Below are positions 27,719 to 36,411 of a stretch of DNA of 41,564 bases, piece by piece (the stretch's first letter is position 1; the number at the start of each line of letters is the position of its first letter). Both the position numbers and the translations under genes were made by a program. This DNA comes from Candidatus Peribacterales bacterium (lineage in GTDB: Bacteria; Patescibacteriota; Gracilibacteria; Peribacterales; Peribacteraceae): contig DATDWC010000079.1 in assembly GCA_035289805.1 (NCBI GenBank), forward strand, positions 1-41,564. The letters are read 5' to 3'. Below the pieces are notes generated by a model. The model ran no database searches. It saw only the letters and a program-made list of their open reading frames with translations, and was not told the origin of the DNA.

Positions 27719-28303
27719 CTATTCCTTTATCTTCTTTGCTTCCTTGGCTTCCTTCTCCTTCCTAAACGGCACTTTCATCTCCTCGAAGAGTGCCCTAGCA
27801 CTTGCATCGTCCCCTGCGGTTGTTGCAATCGTGATCTCAAGACCAAAGAGGCGGGAGGCATCGGAGGGAGGGGCAACTTCCGGAAACACGGTGTGCTCCT
27901 TGAGTCCAACCGAATAGTTACCGTGACCATCCAAAGTAGAGGGAATACCACGGAAATCACGCACACGCGGGAGAGCGACATGCAGCAGCTTATCCAGAAA
28001 TGCTTCCATGCGCTTGCCACGGAGCGTGACCATAGCACCCACAATCAGGCCTTCGCGGATCTTAAAATTGCTGACCGCCTTACGTGCAGCGCGGAGGACC
28101 GGCTTCTGCCCCGTGATCTGCTTCAAGCTTTCGACGATGTACTCCTGCATCTCTTTGCTATCCATCTTGGACCGGTTGATACCCACATTCACTACCACCT
28201 TCGTGATCCGCGGAAGTGCGTGCGTGTTCGCTTTCTTCAGACGCGTCTTGAGCGATTCTGCAATAGGACCACGCAGCCGATCATGGAGAGTCATAAAAGC
28301 CAT
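27719..28303 (-). CDS. rplE: 50S ribosomal protein L5
   Basis: PRITKVVVNVG ... ITGQKPV ... FKIREG ... VTLRG ... RDFRG ... GNYSVGLKE. Confidence 0.95.
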   Translation of the reverse strand: MAFMTLHDRLRGPIAESLKTRLKKANTHALPRITKVVVNVGINRSKMDSKEMQEYIVESLKQITGQKPVLRAARKAVSNFKIREGLIVGAMVTLRGKRMEAFLDKLLHVALPRVRDFRGIPSTLDGHGNYSVGLKEHTVFPEVAPPSDASRLFGLEITIATTAGDDASARALFEEMKVPFRKEKEAKEAKKIKE

Positions 28304-28707
28304 TACTTGGTATCAGAGGAAGCACTCTTCTTTGCTTTTGATTCCTTTTTCTCCTTACTTGCCCCCGCATCCTCCTCCACAAGCTTCTTCAACTTCCGAC
28401 CGGAAGCTAATTCCTCTCCACTCACCTTGGCGATGCGTTCCTTCTTCCCCTCTTTGAGACGGTACCCGATACGGGTGGGCTTCTTCGTTTTTGGATCAAG
28501 GACCATGACATTACTCACGTGGAGTGATGCTTCGTAGCGCACCACTCGCCCTGGAGCTTGGACGGTTTTCCGAATATGACGCGTGCGCATGTTGATTCCA
28601 GCAACGACCACACGGTCCTGCTCGCGCAGAGTCCGCAGGATATGACCTGTTTTCCCTCTATCTTTGCCGGTAATGATGAGGACGAGATCGCCCGTATGGA
28701 GTTTCAT
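28303..28707 (-). CDS. rplX: 50S ribosomal protein L24 (with K/E-rich C-terminal extension)
   Basis: KOW motif ([16 protein letters not shown]) and synteny. Confidence 0.93.
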   Translation of the reverse strand: MKLHTGDLVLIITGKDRGKTGHILRTLREQDRVVVAGINMRTRHIRKTVQAPGRVVRYEASLHVSNVMVLDPKTKKPTRIGYRLKEGKKERIAKVSGEELASGRKLKKLVEEDAGASKEKKESKAKKSASSDTK

Positions 28708-29072
28708 AGAACATCAGGAGCAAGGGAGACGACTTTCTGGAATCCTTTGAGACGCAATTCACGGGCAACAGGACCAAACACGCGCGTGCCCTTTGGCTCC
28801 CCATCACCACCAATGATGACACAAGCGTTTTCATCAAATCGAATACTGCTCCCATCACTGCGGCGAACCGTATCCTTCGTGCGGACAATCACTGCTTTCT
28901 CCACTGCTTTCTTCTTCACAATGCCGCGCGGTGCTGCATTTTTGACTGCCACAACAATGACATCTCCAACATGAGCATAGCGACGCCGGGTGCCCCCGAG
29001 CACCTTGACGCACTGGACAAGCTTTGCACCAGTGTTATCAGCCACAGTGAGGAATGATTCCTGCTGAATCAT
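28704..29072 (-). CDS. rplN: 50S ribosomal protein L14
   Basis: [17 protein letters not shown] ... the canonical uL14 N-terminus. Confidence 0.96.
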   Translation of the reverse strand: MIQQESFLTVADNTGAKLVQCVKVLGGTRRRYAHVGDVIVVAVKNAAPRGIVKKKAVEKAVIVRTKDTVRRSDGSSIRFDENACVIIGGDGEPKGTRVFGPVARELRLKGFQKVVSLAPDVL

Positions 29073-29374
29073 GGGGAGGGGGGGGATTTTCTGCCGGAGG
29101 CCTCTGCGAGTTCCTGCTCGAGCGATCCATCTTTGAGGAAACCCGAAGCAAGGACATTGAGCACCTTGAAGTGCTTGCGCTTACTCAAGGGGCGGCACTC
29201 ACCGATTTCCACCGTATCACCTTCCCTCACAAGAATCCCGCTCGTATCCGCGAGGAACTTTTTACTCACAGGGTAGCGCTTTTTGTAGATTGGATGCGTG
29301 ATGTAGCGTGTCACCTCCACCGTGACAGTGTTCTGCATCTTTGCCGAGGTAACGGTGCCTTTCTTCGTACGCAT
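29069..29374 (-). CDS. rpsQ: 30S ribosomal protein S17
   Basis: [18 protein letters not shown] ... HPIYKKR ... [18 protein letters not shown]. Confidence 0.94.
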   Translation of the reverse strand: MRTKKGTVTSAKMQNTVTVEVTRYITHPIYKKRYPVSKKFLADTSGILVREGDTVEIGECRPLSKRKHFKVLNVLASGFLKDGSLEQELAEASGRKSPPSP

Positions 29375-29416
29375 GGAGGGGAATGAAAGAGAAGAGTATT
29401 GAGAAAAGGAATTTGC

Positions 29417-29674
29417 TTATGCAGCGCGCTTTGGAGGCACTATGACGGGAGCAGGCATGGTAAGTGCAGAAGCATCCCTCTGCAAGAAGGAAAGAACAGT
29501 AAACATACGTGCGAGCTGGTGTTTAGCCTCGCGTAGCTTGTGCGTCCCCTTCTCCACACCTGCACGAATGCTGTGCTCAAGCGTCGCAATGGTATGGCGC
29601 TGCTCGCCAATTTCCTTCTGCAGATCAGCTTTCTGCATTTTGAGGAGCTCGGGCATGGTGAGAACTTTGGTCAT
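29417..29674 (-). CDS. rpmC: 50S ribosomal protein L29
   Basis: Helical uL29 pattern (ELLKMQKADLQKEI ... REAKHQLARM) between rplP and rpsQ. Confidence 0.85.
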   Translation of the reverse strand: MTKVLTMPELLKMQKADLQKEIGEQRHTIATLEHSIRAGVEKGTHKLREAKHQLARMFTVLSFLQRDASALTMPAPVIVPPKRAA

Positions 29675-29675
29675 G

Positions 29676-30092
29676 TTAGCGAATGCGGGAAATAATTTTC
29701 GTCTTCACAGGGAGTTTGTAGGCGGCAAGTTTCAGAGCTTCGCGTGCTTCAGCATCGGTGAGTCCATCAAGCTCAAAGAGGATGTTCCCCGGCCGCACGA
29801 GCGCCACGTAGTACTCCACAGATCCCTTCCCTGCGCCCATCGGTACTTCCGCAGCTTTCCTCGTAATTGGTTTATGAGGAAAAATACGGATCCAGAGTTT
29901 TCCGCTGCGCTTGAGGCTATGTGTCATCGCACGACGTGCAGCTTCGATTTGTCGCGAAGTGATTTCGGCAGGCTCCATCGTCTTAAGACCGAACGATCCA
30001 AAGGCAAGCTGCGCTCCACGTGTTGCCTTCCCGGCGAATGATCCGCGCAGGCGATGTTGCTTCCGGTGCTTTACCTTAATGGGCTGCAGCAT
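29676..30092 (-). CDS. rplP: 50S ribosomal protein L16
   Basis: [16 protein letters not shown] ... [15 protein letters not shown] ... MGAGKGS. Confidence 0.96.
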   Translation of the reverse strand: MLQPIKVKHRKQHRLRGSFAGKATRGAQLAFGSFGLKTMEPAEITSRQIEAARRAMTHSLKRSGKLWIRIFPHKPITRKAAEVPMGAGKGSVEYYVALVRPGNILFELDGLTDAEAREALKLAAYKLPVKTKIISRIR

Positions 30093-30763
30093 TAGGAGGC
30101 GTTGGAAGAGAGGGATGCGGATTGCGCTTCCTGGACTTTCTTAAACACCATCCCGAGGTACACCCAGACCTTCACTCCGATAGTGCCGTAGGAAGTCTTG
30201 GCATGGAGCACCGCAAACTGCACATTGGCACGGAGGGTATGGAGCGGCACGTTCCCCTCTTTAAAGAGTTCCGCTCGTGCAATCTCTGCACCATTCAGGC
30301 GACCAGAGATGCGGACTTTAACACCGAGTGCTCCGGCTTGCGTCGCCTTTTCGAGCGCCATCTTCACTGCTCTACGATAGGGCATGCGGCGCTCAATCTG
30401 ACCCTTAATGGTTTCCCCAATGACGTAGGCATCTACATCGGGATTGCGGATTTCGCGGATATTCACTTCGAAAGGTGTCTGGAATTCACGCTCCAGATCC
30501 TTCCGCAGTTCTTCAATCGCTGCTCCCTGCTTACCAATGATGATACCCGGCTTACTCGTGTGGATCGCGACCGAGACTTTCTTCGTACGCTCAATATCGA
30601 TGCGCGAAATTCCGGCATCCTTAATACGGTTCGTGATAAACCTCTTGATGAGTATATCCTCACGGAAGAGTTGGCCGTACTTCTTGCGACCTGCAAACCA
30701 CTTGCTCGGCCACTCTGTGGTGATGCCAAGTCGGAAGCCGTTAGGATTTACTTTATGACCCAT
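30092..30763 (-). CDS. rpsC: 30S ribosomal protein S3
   Basis: [14 protein letters not shown]... KH domain [15 protein letters not shown] ... [10 protein letters not shown]. Confidence 0.96.
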   Translation of the reverse strand: MGHKVNPNGFRLGITTEWPSKWFAGRKKYGQLFREDILIKRFITNRIKDAGISRIDIERTKKVSVAIHTSKPGIIIGKQGAAIEELRKDLEREFQTPFEVNIREIRNPDVDAYVIGETIKGQIERRMPYRRAVKMALEKATQAGALGVKVRISGRLNGAEIARAELFKEGNVPLHTLRANVQFAVLHAKTSYGTIGVKVWVYLGMVFKKVQEAQSASLSSNAS

Positions 30764-30784
30764 AGGAGGGAGGAATGAAAGAGG

Positions 30785-31342
30785 CTATTCGCCTCGGGAA
30801 GAATGGTGATGTTGCTGGGGAGCAGAAGCAGTGGAGGGAGGAGTCTCGTGCAATCCACCAGCATGCGGATCTCCACCTTCTACCGTTGATCGATCCGTAC
30901 TGTGCTGCGTGTGCACGACCGGCCCTTCTACTTTTTCTGCCTCCAGAGGTTTCTTTTTCTTCTTTTGATCTTTCGTACGCTTCTCTCCTTTCTCCTCTAA
31001 AGCTACTCCTCCCGGGACACTTACGCCGAGCTTCACCGAAACATGGCTCGTAAACTTATCAAACGGCCGGGCGCGACCACGGGCCATAGGAATGGATCGC
31101 CTGTAGGCAGGGCCTTGGTTCACGATGAGCTCCTTTATGTACAAGTCACTGCGTTTCTGCGCATCGTTCTGCTCTGCATTGGAAGCTGCGGAATGAATGA
31201 CTTTGAAGAGAATCTGTGCCCCTTTCTTCGGGAGCTTCCGGAGGGTCACGAGTGCGTCTTCCACGCTCATGCGGCGAACCATAGAAGCCACGAGATTCAT
31301 CTTCTTTGGAGCAAGCCGGACTTGGTGAAGGTATGCTTTCAT
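30785..31342 (-). CDS. rplV: 50S ribosomal protein L22 (with ~70 aa low-complexity C-terminal extension)
   Basis: The uL22 core (VRLAPKKMNLVASMVR ... AQILFKVIHSAASNAE ... MARGRARP) followed by a K/E/P/H-rich tail. Confidence 0.93.
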   Translation of the reverse strand: MKAYLHQVRLAPKKMNLVASMVRRMSVEDALVTLRKLPKKGAQILFKVIHSAASNAEQNDAQKRSDLYIKELIVNQGPAYRRSIPMARGRARPFDKFTSHVSVKLGVSVPGGVALEEKGEKRTKDQKKKKKPLEAEKVEGPVVHTQHSTDRSTVEGGDPHAGGLHETPPSTASAPQQHHHSSRGE

Positions 31343-31348
31343 GGAATA

Positions 31349-31684
31349 TTATTTTGCAGGGGTGGGAGCAGGAGCAGCCGCAGGAGCGCCAGCAGCAGAG
31401 ACGCCTGCCGCTTGAGCGGCCGCCATCTTACCGCCGTGTCCTTTAAATTTACGTGTGAAGCTGAACTCACCAAGCTTGTGCCCCACCATCTGCTCTGTGA
31501 TGTACACCGGAAGAAAATCTTTGCCGTTATGCACCGCAAAGGTAAACCCCACAAACTCCGGAGGGATATCCGAGCGCCGTGACCAGGTTTTGATGATCCG
31601 CTTATCGCCCTTCTCGATCATCTGCATGACCTTCTTGTAGAGCTTTGGATCAACGTATGGGCCTTTCTTGGAGGAGCGTGCCAT
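31349..31684 (-). CDS. rpsS: 30S ribosomal protein S19 (Ala/Pro-rich C-terminal tail)
   Basis: [15 protein letters not shown] ... [15 protein letters not shown] ... VHNGK. The ORF track 5' extension, which overlaps rplB, was trimmed to the ATG at 31684. Confidence 0.94.
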   Translation of the reverse strand: MARSSKKGPYVDPKLYKKVMQMIEKGDKRIIKTWSRRSDIPPEFVGFTFAVHNGKDFLPVYITEQMVGHKLGEFSFTRKFKGHGGKMAAAQAAGVSAAGAPAAAPAPTPAK

Positions 31685-31743
31685 GGGGAGAAAATGAGAC
31701 TTAAGAGAGGATAGAGGATAGTGAGAAATGAAACAGGGAATAA

Positions 31744-32595
31744 CTACCGCTTTCTGCCCATCTTTTTCGGGCGGCGGCGGACAATCCAGCGGTTCGTAGG
31801 ATTCTTGCGGCGGCGTGTCTTTACACCGAGTGCGGGCTTGCCCCAAGGGGTCTTCGGTCGCTTGAGTCCAATCGGCGAGTGCCCTTCCCCTCCTCCGTGC
31901 GGGTGATCCACGGCGTTCATCGATTTTCCGAGAACCTTGGGGCGGCGACCCATCCACCGCATACGGCCTGCCTTTCCAATCGTTACCAGGTTGTGCTCCG
32001 CATTGCTCACAACACCAATCGAGGCGTAGCACTCCTTTGGAACGTAGCGGATTTCGCCACTCGGGAGTTGGATCTGTGCGTACTCCCCATCGAGCGACGT
32101 GAGTGTTGCGGAAGATCCGGCACTCCTGCAGACCGAGGCATGTTTGCCAAGGGCGATCTGCACATTGTAGATCTTAAAACCGGTGGGAATGTACTTGAGC
32201 TGCATTCTGTTGCCCGTCTTCACCTTAGTGCGCTCACCGCAGACCACCGTATCACCTACTTTGAGTCCCTCGGGGGCAAGGTGGTAACGCTTCTCGCCGT
32301 CGGCGTAGATCACGAGCACGATCCATGCTGTCCGGTTTGGATCGTATTCCAGAGATCGAACAGTCGCCGGAATTCCCTGCTTATCTGTTCCATTGAAATC
32401 CACCAAACGCCCTAAGCGCTTGTGTCCGCCTCCGCGACGGCGCACCGTTACGCGGCCGGTGGAGTTCCTGCCGGAAATCTTCTGCTGACCATACGTGAGT
32501 GACTTCTCGGGCTTTACCTTTGTGAGTACCGAGTAATCGATCACCGTCATGGTCCGGCGTCCGGGGGTCGTTGGTTTAAAACTCTTGAGTGCCAT
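31744..32595 (-). CDS. rplB: 50S ribosomal protein L2
   Basis: [14 protein letters not shown] ... [19 protein letters not shown] ... [13 protein letters not shown]. Confidence 0.97.
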   Translation of the reverse strand: MALKSFKPTTPGRRTMTVIDYSVLTKVKPEKSLTYGQQKISGRNSTGRVTVRRRGGGHKRLGRLVDFNGTDKQGIPATVRSLEYDPNRTAWIVLVIYADGEKRYHLAPEGLKVGDTVVCGERTKVKTGNRMQLKYIPTGFKIYNVQIALGKHASVCRSAGSSATLTSLDGEYAQIQLPSGEIRYVPKECYASIGVVSNAEHNLVTIGKAGRMRWMGRRPKVLGKSMNAVDHPHGGGEGHSPIGLKRPKTPWGKPALGVKTRRRKNPTNRWIVRRRPKKMGRKR

Positions 32596-32597
32596 AG

Positions 32598-32894
32598 TTA
32601 TGCAGTGAGAGAGGAGAGATCGAGAGCCTTGCTGTCTTTGGAGAGGAGGACGATTGCGCGCTTTGACTGAGAACGCTTCTCGATCGATTTGCCGCGACCG
32701 ATATCACGCTTCTTCGCACGGAGGTGCATCATGCTGATCCCTTCCGCATCTACACCATAGTGCTGCCGGAGAGCGTTCTTTACATCCACCTTGGATGCTC
32801 TTGGATGCACACGGAGTGTGTAGATGCGTCCCGCTTTTTGGCGCTCTGCTTTTTCTGTGACGATCTGGCCGAGGATGATGCGTGTGAGATCCAT
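32598..32894 (-). CDS. rplW: 50S ribosomal protein L23
   Basis: The uL23 pattern (ILGQIVTEKA ... YTLRVHPRASKVDVKNAL) and synteny. Confidence 0.93.
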   Translation of the reverse strand: MDLTRIILGQIVTEKAERQKAGRIYTLRVHPRASKVDVKNALRQHYGVDAEGISMMHLRAKKRDIGRGKSIEKRSQSKRAIVLLSKDSKALDLSSLTA

Positions 32895-33635
32895 TTATGA
32901 AGCAGAATCAGGAGAAGAAATCTTTGATGTTTTGGAAGCGGCAAGCGATGAGCGTTTAGCAGGAAGTTTCTTTTTTGAGTCGGATGGCTTATCGCTCACC
33001 ACTAATCGCTTCGTAAAGATATCCTCTGCAACCTTCAATGCCTCTACGAGAAACACGAGTGAGTGTGCTCCAAGGACATCCTCAGGATTTAAGTACTGCG
33101 CAAGGATCGTCTTCACCCCCGGCACATTGCGAGATCCTCGCTCGAGAGCTTCCATGTGCTTTGGGAGTACGAAGACAATTTTGCGACCGGGGGAGACCGG
33201 GAGCTTCACCAAAAGATCCACAAACACCTTCGTCTTGTGATCTGTGCCGTAATTCTCCAATCCCACGATGCGACCAGCCTTGGCACTTGCCGAGAGACAG
33301 GAGAAGAGCGCTGCTCTCCTCATGCCTTTTGGCATATCTTTGCGGAAGTTGCGGGTGTTCCTTGGGCCGAAGACTTTGTATCCACCCTTTAAGAGGTTCG
33401 CACTCGCAGATCCACGGCGCGCCCTGCCCGTTCCCTTCTGCTGGTAGAGCTTGCGGGTAGAGGAAACGATTTCGCTCCGGGATTTGGTGTGGGCAATCGG
33501 CTTCCTTCGGTTACTCTGCTGACGAAGGATAGCCTCGTGCATCAAGCCATTATTGATCTCTGCTTCGAAGAGTGCTTTGGGGAGTTCGATGGAACTCTTC
33601 TTGCTGCCGGTAGCGGAGTAGACATCGATCTTCAT
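32895..33635 (-). CDS. rplD: 50S ribosomal protein L4 (with S/K-rich C-terminal extension)
   Basis: QKGTGRARRGS ... GGYKVFGPR ... the uL4 core, plus synteny. Confidence 0.94.
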   Translation of the reverse strand: MKIDVYSATGSKKSSIELPKALFEAEINNGLMHEAILRQQSNRRKPIAHTKSRSEIVSSTRKLYQQKGTGRARRGSASANLLKGGYKVFGPRNTRNFRKDMPKGMRRAALFSCLSASAKAGRIVGLENYGTDHKTKVFVDLLVKLPVSPGRKIVFVLPKHMEALERGSRNVPGVKTILAQYLNPEDVLGAHSLVFLVEALKVAEDIFTKRLVVSDKPSDSKKKLPAKRSSLAASKTSKISSPDSAS

Positions 33636-34243
33636 TTGGCAGTGGGGAGAGATTCGATATTCACAATCACTGTTGCACCGTTTGGTCCGGGAACCGGTCC
33701 TTGCACTGCAATCAGATTTTCTGCGGCATCGGAAATGATCACGGGACAGTGATGAACCGTAGTGCGATCAGAACCCATGCGCCCTGGGAGGCGCTTCCCA
33801 CTCTGCACACGTCCCGGCTTTGCGCGGCAACCGATGGATCCAGGTTCCCTGTGCTGGTGCGATCCATGAGTCCAGGGACCCCCGGAAAAGTTATGACGCT
33901 TGATGACTCCGGCAAATCCCTTTCCCTTGGAGATTCCCACAATCGTCACCATGCTCTCCTGTGGGATGAGTTCTGTGGTGAGTGTCTTTCCTACTTCGTA
34001 GCCATCGAGCGTATCTACAAGGAACTCGCGCTCACACGAGTAGCGCACATGCTCCTTTCCTTTCCGTGTCTTCCACTTCTTCCCACAAATCCCAAGAACA
34101 AGTGCATTGTAGCCATCGCGGTCCTTAGAGCGGTGACGTATCACGGTGTTTGGATCTACCTTTAAGTACGTTACAGGAACCACCGTGCCATCCTCCTGGA
34201 ACACGCGCGACATGCCAACTTTGGTGGTGATGAGTCCAAGCAT
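33632..34243 (-). CDS. rplC: 50S ribosomal protein L3
   Basis: MLGLITTKVGMSRVF ... PVTYL ... GISKGKGFAGVIKRHNF.GGP..HGS..HR.PGSIG. Confidence 0.96.
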   Translation of the reverse strand: MLGLITTKVGMSRVFQEDGTVVPVTYLKVDPNTVIRHRSKDRDGYNALVLGICGKKWKTRKGKEHVRYSCEREFLVDTLDGYEVGKTLTTELIPQESMVTIVGISKGKGFAGVIKRHNFSGGPWTHGSHQHREPGSIGCRAKPGRVQSGKRLPGRMGSDRTTVHHCPVIISDAAENLIAVQGPVPGPNGATVIVNIESLPTAK

Positions 34244-34283
34244 TTATGCTGAGCGAAGTCGAAGCATTGGATCAGAGGTCTGT

Positions 34284-34328
34284 GCCCTGCATCCTAAGTC
34301 CGCCCGGGGCGGACGAGTGGTGCAGGGT
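34284..34328 (-). promoter_or_regulatory. Nested GC-rich hairpin in the rplC 5' leader (function unknown)
   Basis: Outer stem 34284-34291 / 34321-34328 and inner stem gtccgcc (34298-34304) / ggcggac (34308-34314), 41-85 nt upstream of the rplC ATG. Confidence 0.3.
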
Positions 34329-34421
34329 CGGCCTGCTTTATCCATTAAGGAGAGCAAGCGCGACAAACAAAAGCCAGGGAACTTTAAAGGGAGAAAAGGG
34401 TTCCTGCAAGGACTTTTAAAG

Positions 34422-34443
34422 AAAAAGCCGGCTTTTGGCCGAC
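34422..34443 (-). terminator. Rho-independent terminator of the 34468-35787 gene
   Basis: On the minus strand: gtcggc-caaaa-gccggc (6 bp including one G-U) followed by TTTTT, starting 25 nt after the stop codon. Confidence 0.55.
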
Positions 34444-34467
34444 TTTTTTCATGGCCCTTAAAAAATC

Positions 34468-35787
34468 CTATTCAGCTGTGCAGGTGGCACTGCAACCATC
34501 ACCGTTCGCGGTGTTGCCGTCATCACAGACTTCCGGAGCTTCCACGATCCCATTCCCACAGGTGGAGAGACTGGGGACAATCGGCGTACACACGCTTGGG
34601 GTCCCCGCACACTCGAAGCCGGTCTCGATCATACAATCCGCACCACAGCCATCAGTGGCAGCGGTATTGCCATCATCACAAGCCTCGCTCCCCGTCACCA
34701 TCGAATCACCACAGATTGGCTCCGGATCATCCTCGGGATCGTTGGGATCAGTTTCCCCTTCATCAACTTTTCCATCGTGGTTTAAATCCTCAGCACCATC
34801 CACTGCTCCACCATTATCGGTATCGATCTTACGGGGATCGGTCTTCGTTGCAGGATCAGCATCAATAGTGAATTTGGTTGTATCGGTATCGGGATCAACC
34901 CCAGCAATGTATCCAAGCTCGGTACCATCTTGTATTCCATCATTATCGGTATCCGGCTTTGCTGGATTCAGCACAAAATCCCCATGGACTTCGATCGAAT
35001 CAGCAAGGCCATCGTCATCACTATCTTTATCGAGCGAACTTGATTCACCTGCATCAACAACACCATTACCATTCAGATCTTCTTCACCATTATTCAATCC
35101 ATCCTTATCAATATCGAGGCAGGAAACACGGACCACTGCATCACCGAGCGTCTCACCATCAATCATCAAGTAGTAGCGCCTATCCGGTGTGAGGTGCATC
35201 GGCGAATCATCTGCCTCCGTTGTCTGGAGTGATGTGTACTGCTCTCCTGTCGCAGTGAGTTCCGCTGGAGAGAGCCAGAATCTTCCATCGAAGAGTTCGC
35301 GACCTGTCTTCCCGGCACCCTTATTAGCAGTTTCGTTCCGGGAGTACTCGTACCCCCAGGCACGAACCAAAATACCAGTCGGTGCTGCAACCGAAACATC
35401 AATATCCGGAGTAATCGACTCCGGACAATCGAAGATTACATGCTTATCAGCAGGCGCTGTAAATCCTTTTGAGGACTCATCGGCAGTAAAGTAGTGAATC
35501 TCGACCCCGTTCTGCGTCCCAATGAGTCGCGCAGAGAAATCAGGACCCGGCTGCTCTAGTGCTTCGAGTGCCAGAGTCGGCACGAGGAGCGCAGGGCCAG
35601 AGGGCTCTGCCTCCGCCGCGGGTGAAGGAGGCGGCACTACTGCAACTTCCTCTCCTCCCTGGCGAAGGTACATGTAGACCGCAACGCCAATGAGAGCAAG
35701 GAGCACCACTCCCTCGAGCGCTACCCGTACAAAGGGGAAAGAATCTTTTTCCTCAGGAAGGGCGGAAGAACTTGTTGAGTCCAGCAT
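34468..35787 (-). CDS. Membrane-anchored extracellular protein with Asp-rich Ca-binding-type repeats and two C-terminal CxxxxxxxxCDDGNxxxxDGCxxxC cysteine-rich repeats
   Basis: 439 aa. N-terminal TM (VALEGVVLLALIGVAVYMYL), DxDxDG/thrombospondin-type-3-like runs (DKDSDDDGLAD, DTDNDGIQDG, DTDNGGAVDG), and two repeats (ICGDSMVTGSEACDDGNTAATDGCGADC and TCGNGIVEAPEVCDDGNTANGDGCSATC). Confidence 0.75.
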   Translation of the reverse strand: MLDSTSSSALPEEKDSFPFVRVALEGVVLLALIGVAVYMYLRQGGEEVAVVPPPSPAAEAEPSGPALLVPTLALEALEQPGPDFSARLIGTQNGVEIHYFTADESSKGFTAPADKHVIFDCPESITPDIDVSVAAPTGILVRAWGYEYSRNETANKGAGKTGRELFDGRFWLSPAELTATGEQYTSLQTTEADDSPMHLTPDRRYYLMIDGETLGDAVVRVSCLDIDKDGLNNGEEDLNGNGVVDAGESSSLDKDSDDDGLADSIEVHGDFVLNPAKPDTDNDGIQDGTELGYIAGVDPDTDTTKFTIDADPATKTDPRKIDTDNGGAVDGAEDLNHDGKVDEGETDPNDPEDDPEPICGDSMVTGSEACDDGNTAATDGCGADCMIETGFECAGTPSVCTPIVPSLSTCGNGIVEAPEVCDDGNTANGDGCSATCTAE

Positions 35788-35827
35788 GGGAATGAAAGGG
35801 AAGGAAAAAGAAGAGACTGCGAATCAA

Positions 35828-36340
35828 TTACCTCTTGTGACCTATCGTATGAAAAAATATGCCTCCCGCAAAGAGCATCGAAAAGACGAGCGGGAGTGCA
35901 AGCGGCAATCCTGTGGAGGTGAGCGGAGCAGCACTATGGAGCGGCCCGCCACTTGCGCGAGAGGGGCGCTGCCGTATAGGCAGGATCGAGGGCGAGTACT
36001 CTGTACTTTCTTTGGAAGCGGGACGGTTTGGAATACGAATGGATCGTCCTGCATCCTCCGGTAAATTTTCCATGCGTAACTCCTGTGGCCGCGAACGACG
36101 ACCAGTGGATTGGAGAACTGAAGCACGTGGATCATCGTGCGGAGGTGCCGGAGCCAAAGGCACTCTCTGCGGAATTAAAATATCCTCAGGACTCTGTGGA
36201 GCACTGGAAGAGTTCCCCTGCCCTACCCCTCCATTATCGAGGAATTCGGACGGGGTAATGTAGGCAACTGCCGTGTGCGCTACGGAGAGCGAGAGCACTC
36301 CTGCAATGAGAGGCGGTAGCAAGCGTACGAGGAAAGCCAT
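35828..36340 (-). CDS. Hypothetical protein: signal peptide, Pro/Arg/Ser-rich disordered middle, C-terminal TM plus basic tail
   Basis: 170 aa. MAFLVRLLPPLIAGVLSLSVAHTAVA at the N-terminus and ...PLTSTGLPLALPLVFSMLFAGGIFFHTIGHKR at the C-terminus. Confidence 0.6.
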   Translation of the reverse strand: MAFLVRLLPPLIAGVLSLSVAHTAVAYITPSEFLDNGGVGQGNSSSAPQSPEDILIPQRVPLAPAPPHDDPRASVLQSTGRRSRPQELRMENLPEDAGRSIRIPNRPASKESTEYSPSILPIRQRPSRASGGPLHSAAPLTSTGLPLALPLVFSMLFAGGIFFHTIGHKR

Positions 36341-36363
36341 GGTTGGTATTGATGTTCAGTTGT

Positions 36364-36392
36364 ATTATATACTATTTTATAATAATACGCAA
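36364..36392 (-). promoter_or_regulatory. Sigma70-like promoter for the 36340-34468 operon
   Basis: On the minus strand: TTGCGT (36392-36387), 17 nt, TATAAT (36369-36364), about 24 nt upstream of the ATG at 36340, in an AT-rich gap. Confidence 0.5.
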
Positions 36393-36411
36393 TATCTCCT
36401 CGGCCTCTCCT

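Noticed and set aside
31685-32032. A 5' extension of the S19 ORF (227 aa in the track) that overlaps rplB.
   Set aside because: The canonical uS19 N-terminus [11 protein letters not shown] starts at the ATG at 31684. The extension overlaps the L2 coding region in another frame and has no homology signal.
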